This document shows positions 52,980 through 63,380 of a stretch of DNA of 64,000 nucleotides, one piece after another. A program made the position numbers and the translations under genes. The number at the start of each line of letters is the position of its first letter. The first letter of the stretch is position 1. Origin of the DNA: Podarcis muralis (lineage: Eukaryota); contig NC_135656.1 of the NCBI RefSeq assembly GCF_964188315.1, positions 117,304,001 through 117,368,000 of the forward strand, read 5' to 3'. The notes beneath the pieces are model-generated. The model was not told where the DNA came from. It did no database searches and saw nothing but the letters and a program-made list of their open reading frames with translations.

Positions 52980-53620
52980 GAGCGTTGGGGGTTTGTTCCT
53001 GCGCCAGATTAACCCTGCATTCACCGCATCGCGGCTCTTTCAAGTTGTGTCCCCGGCCATCTCCGACCGCCCTTTCCGCCTCTGCTTTGCGCCTGAGCCG
53101 AGCTGGAGAGGCGAGGGCGCCCCATTGCACCGCCCCGACCCGGGGACCCCATTTCCAGCCTCGCCCCCCCTTCCCAGCCCCGCCAGAGCCCTCCTCCGAC
53201 CCCCCTGCTCCCCTTCCGGAGACCCTCACCTGGGAGACCACCGGCGATCGGGCTTGGGAAAGCGCTGCTTCTCCGGCGGAGGCAGCCCCCTGCGTTGGGA
53301 AATTCAAAATCCACTTTCTCGAGGAAGAGGTGGAGCCTCGCCGGCCGTGCGAGCAGAAAGGAAATGGCTCTCCAGCCGCCGCCGCCACCCCGCCCACCCA
53401 CCCTCGCCTGCTGGAAGCGCACCCAAAGAACCCTGGGAACTGTAGTTTGCAGAGGGTGCCGGGAACTGTAGCTCCGCCAGAGGGAGAACTACAGTTCCCG
53501 GGATTCCATTTGCGGGGAAGGGGGAGAGCCATGCGCTTTGGACGCCTGCGCTGCTGCGCGCAGCTGCGCGCTCTGAACTTAACTCGTGTCTGGCCAAGAG
53601 TTGGATGGAGAGGGGGAGGA
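52980..53620. promoter_or_regulatory. CpG island; promoter and first exon of gene D (possibly bidirectional with gene E)
   Basis: Donor CTCCCAG|GTGAGG at 53230 (minus). Three ACTACAGTTCCC-type motifs at 53435-53500 and GCGC-rich NRF1-like sites at ~53545-53572. Confidence 0.8.
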
Positions 53621-53759
53621 AGATGCTATGGGCCGGGTCAGATCGCTGGTGGGAGAAGGATCGAGTCTGAAGGGATCCCACCGGGTCATCTAATCCGACC
53701 CCCTGCAATGCAGGAATCCGTCGTCCAACGTGGGGCTGGAACGCGCAGCCCTTTGCATC

Positions 53760-54320
53760 AGAGCCGACTTCTTCTTTTAATTTATTTATTTGGTTTTTTG
53801 GATTAAAGTTTTACAGTCACATAACCAACATGCAGCATAAAAACAAGATTCCAAGGAATCTCTTGGACTTCCCTCCTCCCCTCCTTGGGTCCTATTGTCT
53901 ATCATTTCCTCCTGCATCTTTTATGATAATCCAAATCTTTTAACCTCTCCGTTGTATCCAAAATTCATCATTGAACTACAAGCGATATTCCAATCCTACT
54001 AACGAGTTTAACTTTTTACATTGGTCTTTTAAGGCAAGTTATAAATTTCCCCCATCCCTTATTAAAATTTTCGGTCAAATCTTCTTTATTAAGTTTTGCA
54101 TTGCAAATTCACATTCGAACTGTCAACATCAACACCATCATTTAGGATTCCCTGAATCCTTGTTATTTTCTCTATTTTTCTTAAGTAATCCATAATTTTT
54201 TGTACATTCCAAGCGTTACTCAAATCCTGCCAAAGTTTTTAGTTGTTTACAATGTTTTCTTAAATACATTTTTTTATTTATTTTCCCACTCCTTAAAGTT
54301 CTTCTCTTCCTGGTTTCTGA
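53760..54320 (-). mobile_element. L1/Tx1-type 3' fragment
   Basis: Similar to the other L1-like 3' ends (ttgacttccctcc motif, T-rich end). Confidence 0.55.
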
Positions 54321-54461
54321 TTTTTCCCTGTCAATTTCAGCATAGTCCATCATCTAGTCTCTCCCCCCCCAGCCCCCCCGCAATAAAATATTTGAGGGCC
54401 CCGGGGCCCCCAAAACTATACCCTCCAACATTTCTCTGAGGAGAATAGGGACATCATAGTC

Positions 54462-54498
<37 letters not shown>

Positions 54499-55080
54499 CC
54501 CCTGCCCATCTAACTGGGTTGCCCCAGTCACCCTGGGCAGCTGTATAAAAACATAATAAAACATTAAACATTAAAAAGCTTCCCTATTCAGGGCTGCCTT
54601 TAGATGGCTTCCAAAGCTTGTCTAGTTATCCTTGGCATAACTCCATACTCTCCAACATTTCCCTGAATAGGGACGTCCGAAGAAAAAGTGGGACTTCATC
54701 TTCCGTGGAGTACAAAAACCATGCTCCCCCCCCCCCCCCATATTTTACAGCACCTTTTGCTGGAGTGCTGGTGAAACTGTGGTTGTGGTGTTTTTTTTAA
54801 TTTGCATTTTATTTCTTTGTTAACATTCTTATATTACATCGGTAAACGTTGTCATATTACATTACAGGACTTACTATAATATAATCTCCAACATGTATCC
54901 ATAAATTATATACAAATTTTATATAACTAGGAAGAAAATGAAACAAAAAAGAAAGAACAAAGAGAAGAAACAAAAACAATTTCCTCCCCAAAGTCATATA
55001 CATACCAACACACTAGACTTCCTGTCCTTCCCGTTGTATATTCCTTTTTTTACAAATGAATGTACTCTTATTATTATATA

Positions 55081-55295
55081 CAGTGGTACCTCGGGTTAAG
55101 TACTTAATTCGTTCCGGAGGTCTGTTCTTAACCTGAAACTGTTCTTAACCTGAAGCACCACTTTAGCTAATGGGGCCTCCTGCTGCCGCCACACGATTTC
55201 TGTTCTCATCCTGAAGCAAAGTTCTTAACCCGAGGTACTATTTCTGGGTTAGCGGAGTCTGTCACCTGAAGCGTCTGTAACCCGAGGTACCACTG
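55081..55295 (-). mobile_element. T1 MITE
   Basis: TA-flanked TIRs. Confidence 0.9.
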
Positions 55296-55924
55296 TATTT
55301 CTTTACATATTATCTAATACATTCCTATATCAATATGTGCTCTTAGTCTTATTTCTCAACTCAGTCTCACTCCAACGTCGATCAAATGCTAGCCTAGATA
55401 GTGAACCTTTACTGTATTTTTGAGCATATGTTTTACGGTATATCTATTCCACTTTTCCATAAATTTTTGTTTTGAATTGCCTCTCAGGGTATTTGTTAAC
55501 TGTGCCATTTCAGCAAATTCTTGTAGCTTGTAATGCCTGTTCGTTATTGTCGGGGCTTTTGGGGTGAAACTGTAGTTTTACAGCATTCGACTACTCCTGA
55601 ATATGGAGGCTCTACATAACCAACATGTCTTAAGAGCGTAGGGGAGAGCACCGCTGTACTTGCAAGCTGCTTGCAAGCTTCTCACATGCACCTGGTTGGG
55701 CTCTTTGAGAACTCCATAGGTCATTGGTCTGATCCAGCAGCCGGGCTTCTTTTGATGTTCTGAATTTATTTATTTTAATGTTATTGAAATATTTTGACAT
55801 AAAATACAATCAGAATCAAACTAGCCTACAAAACCAGAATTTTAAAAAGAACCAAAAGATATAAAAGCAAGAATAAAAAAAAAGGGGGGGGGAGAAAGGC
55901 CCTTCACCGTATTTATATGCTATA

Positions 55925-56150
55925 CAGTGGTACCTCGGGTTAAGTACTTAATTCGTTCCGGAGGTCCATACTTAACCTGAAACTGTTCTTAACCTGAAGC
56001 ATCACTTTAGCTTATGGGGCCTCCTGCTGCTGCCGCGCCGCCCGAGCCCGATTTCTGTTCTCATCCTGAAGCAAAGTTCTTAACCTGAAGCACTATTTCT
56101 GGGTTAGCGGAGTCTGTAACCTGAAGCGTATGTAACCCGAGGTACCACTG
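55925..56150 (-). mobile_element. T1 MITE
   Basis: TA-flanked TIRs. Confidence 0.9.
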
Positions 56151-56525
56151 TACTGTATTTCCTTAAATAAGTTGGAGTTCTTGTTATTAAATATACCAAG
56201 AAAAAAGCACACCAAGAACTCAGGCCAATATAAGTTTCAATAGTGGGAGTAGTCCCTACTCGCAAATCAATAGTCAATTGTAACAAAAACTAATCCATTC
56301 AAAAGTATGTACAGTATTCTGACAAGGATTACAAACTCAAATAGAGATTACAAACTCTAACAGAGATTACAAACTCAAACTCATAAAGATATGTATAACA
56401 AAATAATTCGTTACAGTATTAAAGATAAGAGTTCATGAGTAGAGATAAGTTCATGTTAGTCCATAGTCAGATTCGACGTGGAGGTCTTGATTTCAATCAT
56501 TGAGCAGATTTCAATTATGGATCAG

Positions 56526-56575
56526 AAATCAGGACAGGGCCCTGTTTCGATGGATTCACCTTCATCAGCTAATTT
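56526..56575 (-). ncRNA. Type I hammerhead ribozyme motif (Penelope-like element remnant)
   Basis: AAAUUAG-CUGAUGA-A-GGUG[AAUC]CAUC-GAA-ACAGGG/CCCUGU-C-CUGAUUU gives stem I of 7 bp, the core, stem II of 4 bp, a palindromic stem III and a GUC cleavage triplet. Confidence 0.8.
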
Positions 56576-56839
56576 TTAAAGGGTCATGTAAGTTTGAAGA
56601 CTTTCGGATAAATATATCCTGTTATTTTCTACGTTTCTCAGGGATAACAACTGAAAATAATCAATAATAATTACAGGTGTAGAATCAAATTAAAAACTCT
56701 AAGGCAGCATATAATCATACTGTACTTCCTGCCATTTATCCACATACAGAGATGTTCATGCGGAAGTGGGGGGGGGATAACAACCTGTAAAGAGCTACCA
56801 TATTTTTTGTGATTGCATTTTTTAAAATGCTGTTTTCAG

Positions 56840-57238
56840 TGTTGTTGTTGTTTAGTCGTTTAGTCGTGCCTGACTCTTCGTGACCCCCTGGACCAGAGCA
56901 CGCCAGGCACTCCTGTCTTCCACTGCCTCCCGCAGTTTGGTCAAACTCATGTACGTAGCTTCGAGAACACTGTCCAACCATCTCGTCCCCTTCTCCTTGT
57001 GCCCTCCATCTTTCCCAGCATCAGGGTCTTTTCCAGGGAGTCTTCTCTTCTCATGAGGTGGCCAAAGTCTTGGAGCCTCAGCTTCAGGATCTGTCCTTCC
57101 AGTGAGCAGTCAGGGCTGATTTCCTTCAGAATGGAGAAGTTTGATCTTCTTGCAGTCCATGGGACTCTCAAGAGTCTCCTCCAGCACCATAACTCAAAAG
57201 CATCAATTCTTCGGAGATCAGCCTTCTTTATGGTCCAG
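56840..57238 (-). mobile_element. BovB LINE 3' fragment
   Basis: RVPWTARRSNFSILKEISPDCSLEGQILKLRLQ... and a (CAA)n tail. Confidence 0.93.
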
Positions 57239-58471
57239 TTCAGTGTAATAAATTAAAATAACAATAGCAGCAGAAATCAGTATTGGAACTCTCTGCCTAT
57301 TGACATGAGGCAGGTGCCTTCACTGTAGAACCTTTATTTCTACAAGCCTATCCAGATATGAAGGATGTCGACATGTATTTGAATCTTTTTTTAAACTTTT
57401 CACTGTTTTTAATTATTTCTGAACCTTTTAAATAGCTGCTTTCCCTGATGTTTCTTTTTTTTTTTTAAAATGGTATTCTTTCTGTAAAACCACTTTGAGG
57501 GTGTCTTTTAAACTGTAGTTAAGCGGCACATAGACTTTGGTGACCTGAAATAAATGGTGGTGGGGTGTGGGATACATCAATAACAAGTGAGGCCACTGTA
57601 ACAAAATGTTGCAGTGCTCCTGCTGAGGGATGGAAGCCATTCTGTTCCCATCACCCCATCTCTCTTTCTTTCTTTCTCACACACCCTTAGCATCTTTGGG
57701 ATGTGGATCTGGCTTTTTTGATCGTTGTCTGGAAAAGGGGGAATTATTATTAATTTTCAGTGCGGCTGGGCAAGGGTTAAAGGCAGCGAGCCGCGGCTCC
57801 TAGAGAGGCGTGGGAACTGGGGTGGGCTGCTGGGAGTGGGGAAGGAAAGGAGGAACTTCCTTTGCCTCTTCTTTTTTTATTGCACCCAGAGGCAGCACTT
57901 TGAGGGTGAGGAGGGGTGAGAGCAAAGCTGGGGGGCATTTGGGTTGCAGGGGTAGGGGGTTGAGGTGGTCCTAAGGCAGGCAGGCAGGCTGGTGTTGCCT
58001 GCACGGGCTGGCAGCAGCTCTCCAAGGTTGCAGGCAGGGGGGCATCCATTCCCAGGCTGGCCTGGAGATACCATTGGGGACTGACATTCTGCATGCCAGG
58101 CAGATGCTCTGCCACTGAGCCGCACTGGTTGGGCAGAAAAAAGGGATCTGGGCAGAACTGGGACGCCCTTGGCCTCAGCTTAGGCATGGTGGTTTGTTCT
58201 CTCAGCTGGTGAAATTCCCCCCTTTAAGAGGAAGCCTCTAGCCTCCTGCTTGCTTGCCTTAAAAAATAATAATTAACTCAAACAATGCCTGAGCATGTTC
58301 CTGGTTCCCACCTCTATGTGTATAACTCTATGGTGAGATTCATAGAACTATACATTTGGAAGGAACCCTGGGAATCATCTAGTCCAGCCCCCTGCAATGG
58401 AGGAAGGTGTAGATGTCCCCATACAGGGATTGAAGCTGCAACCTTGACTTTATCAGCACCATGCTCTAATC

Positions 58472-58597
58472 CAGTGTTTCCCAACCTTGTGCCTCCAGCT
58501 GTTTTTGGACTACAATTCCCATCATCCCTTGCCACTGGTCTTGCTAGTCAGGGATGATGGGAGTTGTAGTTCAAAAACAGCTGGAGGCACAAGGTGG
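58472..58597. mobile_element. Hairpin MITE with ACTACAATTCCCA arms
   Basis: ~45-bp near-perfect inverted repeat. Confidence 0.8.
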
Positions 58598-58683
58598 TCC
58601 GAACAAGAGCATGCCTTGCTTTTTGCTGTGTGGTGAGAGTCTGTTTTTTTAAAAAATGTCGAAGTTTTGTTTTATTTTTAATA

Positions 58684-58909
58684 CAGTGGTACCTCGGGTT
58701 AAGTACTTAATTTGTTTCGGAGGTCCGTTCTTAACCTGAAACTGTTCTTAACCTGAAGCACCACTTTAGCCAATGGGGCCTCCTGCTGCTGCCGCGCCTC
58801 CAGAGCACGATTTCTGTTCTCATCCTGAAGCAAAGTTCTTAACCCGAGGTACTATTTCTGGGTTAGCGGAGTCTGTAACCTGAAGCGTATGTAACCCGAG
58901 GTACCACTG
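58684..58909 (-). mobile_element. T1 MITE
   Basis: TIRs and body as in the other T1 copies. Confidence 0.9.
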
Positions 58910-59199
58910 CATTCTGTTGGAAGCTGCCCAGAGTGGCTGGGGAAACCCAGCCAGATGAGTGGGGTATAAATAAAAAATAATAATTATTAATAATATTATT
59001 ATTGTATGTTCTCATTGTACCAAAGGATCTAAGCAAACGTTTCCATGTTCAGAGGTAGTGTACATCCAAATACCAATTGCTGGGGGCAGGGCACTGCTGC
59101 CTTCTGGGTCCTGCATGTGGGCTTCCAAGATTGGTCCCTGCTGGGCAAGGTGTGATAGATATTTTGCCTGATTTTCTGTTGATAATAACAACAATAATA

Positions 59200-59770
59200 A
59201 TAATTTTTTATTTATATCCTGCCCTTCCCGGTTCAGAAAACCGGGCTCAGGGCGGCTAACAACAAATTTAAAACACTTACTTGTAGAAGCGGCCAAAAAT
59301 ACAGTAAAAAAAACATGAATAACAATAAAACTCAAAGTTCAGAAATCAGTTTGGGGGGAGTCCATCCAATAAACATTAGATAGTCACCAGGGATAGCTGG
59401 CTGAATTAGTCCTACTTGGGCCAGCGAGGAGACCAGGGGAGAATTAGCTGTGGGGTCTCAGAGGGTAATCTTCATAAAAGGGGATGGGGAGAGAAGGGAA
59501 ATAAAAGATCAGGCTGAATTCAAATTAAAGGCCAGGCGGAATAGCTCTGTTTTACAGGCCCGGCGGAAGGAGGTTAAATCCTGCAGGGCCCTGGTCTCAT
59601 GGGGCAGAGCATTCCACCAGGTTGGAGCCATCACTGAGAAGGCCCTGGCCCTGGTGGAGGATAGTCTGACTTCCTTAGGGCCTGGGACCTCTAAAATATG
59701 GTTATTCATGGACCTTAAGGTCCTCTGCGGGGCATACCAGGAGAGGCGGTCCCGTAAATACGAGGGCCCT
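59200..59770 (-). mobile_element. Second L2-type family, 3' fragment
   Basis: EVPGPKEVRLSSTRARAFSVMAPTWWNALP... Confidence 0.85.
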
Positions 59771-59929
59771 AGGCTAGAATAGCATTAGTAGTTTTTGCTT
59801 CTGCATTACACCGTTGGCTCATGTCAAGAATGTGATCTCTCTGCTTTCTATTTCCTCCATAGCATAATTCTTCCATGCATAATTCTATACATTTCTATAA
59901 TGTTGCCTCTTACACCTCCTTTTTCTATA

Positions 59930-60180
59930 CAGCCGTACATTGGCTGTCAAACACCTTGCTATGTGAACGTTTTGGCTTCTGAACGCCGCAAACCTGGAAG
60001 TGACGGTTCCGGTTTGCGAATGTTCATTGGAAGCCGAATGTCTGACGTGGTTTCTGCGGCTTCCAATTGCATGCAGGAAGCTACTGCAGCCAATCGGAAG
60101 CCATGCCTTGGTTGTCGAACGTTTTTGGAAGTCGAACGGACTTCTGGAATGGATTCCGTTCGAAAACCAAGGTACAACAG
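59930..60180. mobile_element. T3 MITE whose right end resembles the TIR at 52180-52203
   Basis: ...gttcgaaaaccaaggtacaacag|TA vs ...gttcgaaaaccgaggtaccactg|TA. Confidence 0.75.
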
Positions 60181-60742
60181 TACTGAAAAGCTTCAAGTGC
60201 AGTAACCTTTCCTTTCTGAATGTGTACATTCAAATGAAAGATAAAATATATGCAAAGGGACTTGACAGGAAGTCAAAGTTGAAGAAAAGATTTTGGAAGA
60301 TAAAAAGGGAAAAAATATTTACTTTCATTATTATCATTTTGTGTGCGGGTGTGGGTGTCTGCACATATGTCTGTTGTTGTATGCAATGTTTGGGAGGAAA
60401 TAAGATGGTAAATAACAAATAACAAACTTAATATCGACGTATGTAATTTTTATTTCTTAATTATATTTAGTGGTAGTATGGCTGTATTGTTTTTTGTAAC
60501 ATAAAATAATTCAATAAAAATTATTTTTAAAAAAACCATCTTTCCTTTCTGTTCTTCAGAAAAAAAACAAATCTTCCAACGTGTGGGGAGAGACCCCTAC
60601 GGCCGGCTGTGTAGCTGAGGGATTTTGAAACATTGCCACCTCCGTCTGGTCCTCTTCTCGAAATTGCCCAAGGCTTGATGGTTGGCATGTAGGCTGAGAG
60701 TGATGCAAAAGCGGAACTGGTTGAACCAAGCCCAAAGACAAA

Positions 60743-61516
60743 ATGGCCGCCGAGCAAAGGACGGTGTCCTGTTTGGCTCCCCACCCGTATGAGGCTGCGG
60801 CGGAGAAGGAAGTGAAAAGGGAAGAGCTGGACCCAGCGGGGTCCACACCACCAGAGGGGCCAAAACGTTTCAGAAAGACCCCCCAAGGTGGGAACATTGG
60901 GGAATGCCTCAGCCGGGCCATTGCGAAGCGAGCCGAGTGCGAACTGGACGATGGGTTGTTGTCCCATTGCTGGGAGGCCCAGTGGCAGGAGTTCCTGAAG
61001 AACGTACAGTCTCCATTTTCCGGGTGGACCAGCTCTCCGCAGCTCCCCGTTCCATTGGCGCTCTCGGAAACGTCGGCCGGGGTTTGCCAGCGCCCCGTGC
61101 AAGAAGCGGCGAGGGGGCTACCTTCAGGCATCAGAGAGGGGTCCCCCAGGACCGACGTGCAGCCCGGAGAGAAAGCGGGTTGTGGGGCTGCGAAGGGGGA
61201 GACCCCGCACGAGGGAGAGGCTCCCGGTGCTGAAACACGGCGCCAACGTTTCCGCTGGTTCTGCTACCAGGAGGTTGAGGGGCCCCGGGAAGTCTGGGCC
61301 CGGCTGCGGGAGCTCTGCTGTGAGTGGCTGAGGCCCGAGCTCAACTCCAAGGAGCGGATCGTGGATTTGGTGATCCTGGAGCAGTTCCTGGCCATCTTGC
61401 CGGAGGAGATCCAGAGCTGGGTGGGCGAAGGCGGGCCGGAGACCTGTGCCCAGGCGGTGGCCCTGGCCGAAGTCTTCCTGCTGAGGCAGCAGGAGGCAGA
61501 GAGGTGGAAACAGGAG
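60743..61516 (+). CDS. Gene E SCAN exon (coding part)
   Basis: Acceptor ctgttcttcag| at ~60560, ATG at 60743, [34 protein letters not shown]..., donor GAG|GTGAGG. Confidence 0.92.
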
Positions 61517-62026
61517 GTGAGGATAGTTCCCACCATCCCACACTCTGAAGGGGTCTCAATTGGGGTTGGCAGCGAGCGCTTTTGTCCTGTCGCATCCCAA
61601 GTCGGGTAGAAAAAAGCCCCAGTAGATCAGCAGATGCCACAGAAAAGAGTTTACAGACTTGGATGGTGATTACTTCATTGTTGTTTATTTCATTTGCACC
61701 TCCAAGGAGCTCAAGGTGGCAGGCATGGTTCTCTCCCCTCCCCGTATCATCCTCACAAAACCCTGTGAGGTACAGTAGGCTGAGAAGCAGCGGCTGACAG
61801 GTCCAAGGTCACCCAGAAAGTTTCATGGCCAATGGGGAATTGAACCCGGGTCTCCTGGGGTCTGGTCCAACTCTCTCACCGCTGTAGTGAATGGTTTAGT
61901 TGAGATGTTCCTGCCAGAAGGTGATAATGATGGTTGTCATAATAATAATAATAATAATAATAATTAATAATAATAATTACTCGTGGAATCCATAATAACT
62001 GGCCATAATAGAGCAATAGGGAAGTA

Positions 62027-62282
62027 CAGTGCTACCTCTGGTTGCGAACGGGATCCGTTCTGGAGGCCCGTTCGCAACATGAATAGAAGGCTACACACAG
62101 CGTCTGTGCACAGGCAGGTTGCGATTTGCTGCTTCTGTGTATGCACATGACGTCATTTTGCGCGTCTGAGCATGCACAAGCGGCGAAACCCGGAAGTAAC
62201 CCTTTCTGGTACTTCCGGGTTGCCACAGGACACAACCTGAAAGAACGTAACATGAAGCGGACGTAACGTGAGGTATTGACTG
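62027..62282. mobile_element. Tigger-type MITE
   Basis: TA|cagtgctacctc...gaggtattgactg|TA. Confidence 0.75.
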
Positions 62283-62745
62283 TATTGCTATAAAAATTAA
62301 TGATAATACAATAGTAGTAATTAAAGATAATAACTAACTTATTATTTCATTATTGTGTCATGTTAATAGTACAGTTGTGAAGAACCATAATGATGCTAAA
62401 TAAATTTTGAATTTGTTATTTAGTAATAAATATACAATAATAATAAAAATCAGACACTAGTAGTACAGTGTGATTGTTGATTTGTTGTTTTAAAAATAGA
62501 TTAATGACATGCTAAGTTATTACGGAAGTGGGACCTGCAACAAAGTGTGAATTGCTTCTGTTCACGGTGCCAAACTGCCATGCTATCTGTCTTGGATGCT
62601 TTCGTTGAGATTCCTGCAATGTAGGTGGTTGTATTAGATGACCTCAGGGCCACTTCCAAGCTTTTATGATTCTGTGCCCCCCTTTTCCAGGATACTCCAT
62701 TTCATTATTTGCATCTCCTCCTGCACCCTCCAGTTTCCAAGTAGA

Positions 62746-62799
<54 letters not shown>

Positions 62800-62864
62800 C
62801 CACCCATCTGTCTGGGTTTCCCCAGCCACTCTGGGTGGCCAACAGCATATCTAAAAACATAATA

Positions 62865-63079
62865 CAGTGGTACCTCAGGTTAAGAACTTAATTCGTTCTG
62901 GAGATCCGTTCTTAACCTGAAACTGTTCTGAACCTGAAGCACCACTTTAGCTAATGGGGCTTCCCGCTGCCGCCGCACAATTTCTGTTCTCATCCTGAAG
63001 CAAAGTTCTTAACCTGAGGTACTATTTCTGGGCTAGCAGAGTCTGTAACCTGAAGTGTCTGTAACCTGAGGCACCACTG
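62865..63079 (-). mobile_element. T1 MITE
   Basis: TA-flanked TIRs. Confidence 0.9.
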
Positions 63080-63265
63080 TAAAAACATCAAATTCCCAGT
63101 TCCCTGCCTCCTCAGCCTGTTTATAAATATACGGTATATTACTTAGTTATTTAAACCCATAATTATGAGTTGGTTCTTTAAAAAGGAAAAGTATCCTATG
63201 TGAACTGACCACTCGGGTCACACTGCGACGCTTTGCCTCCAAACCTCTGGCTTACTGCGTTTCAG

Positions 63266-63380
63266 GTGCTGGGAGAATTTGAGGAGGTGGCGATGAGTTT
63301 CTCTCGAGAAGAGGACGCTGGAGAGAGGCCCCACCCCAGAGAGATCAAGCAAGAAGGCCAGGAGGGGGCCACGTTGCTGG
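63266..63380 (+). CDS. Gene E KRAB-A-derived exon (115 bp, phase 0-1): VLGEFEEVAMSFSREEDAGERPHPREIKQEGQEGATLL(G)
   Basis: gcgtttcag|GTG...CTG G|gtaagc. FEEVAMSFSREE aligns to the KRAB-A FEEVAVYFSEEE. Confidence 0.85.

Noticed and set aside
52915-53806. Long ORFs across the CpG islands (also 4924-5502, 12835-13196)
   Set aside because: Low-complexity Pro/Arg/Gly/Ala translations expected from GC-rich promoter DNA.
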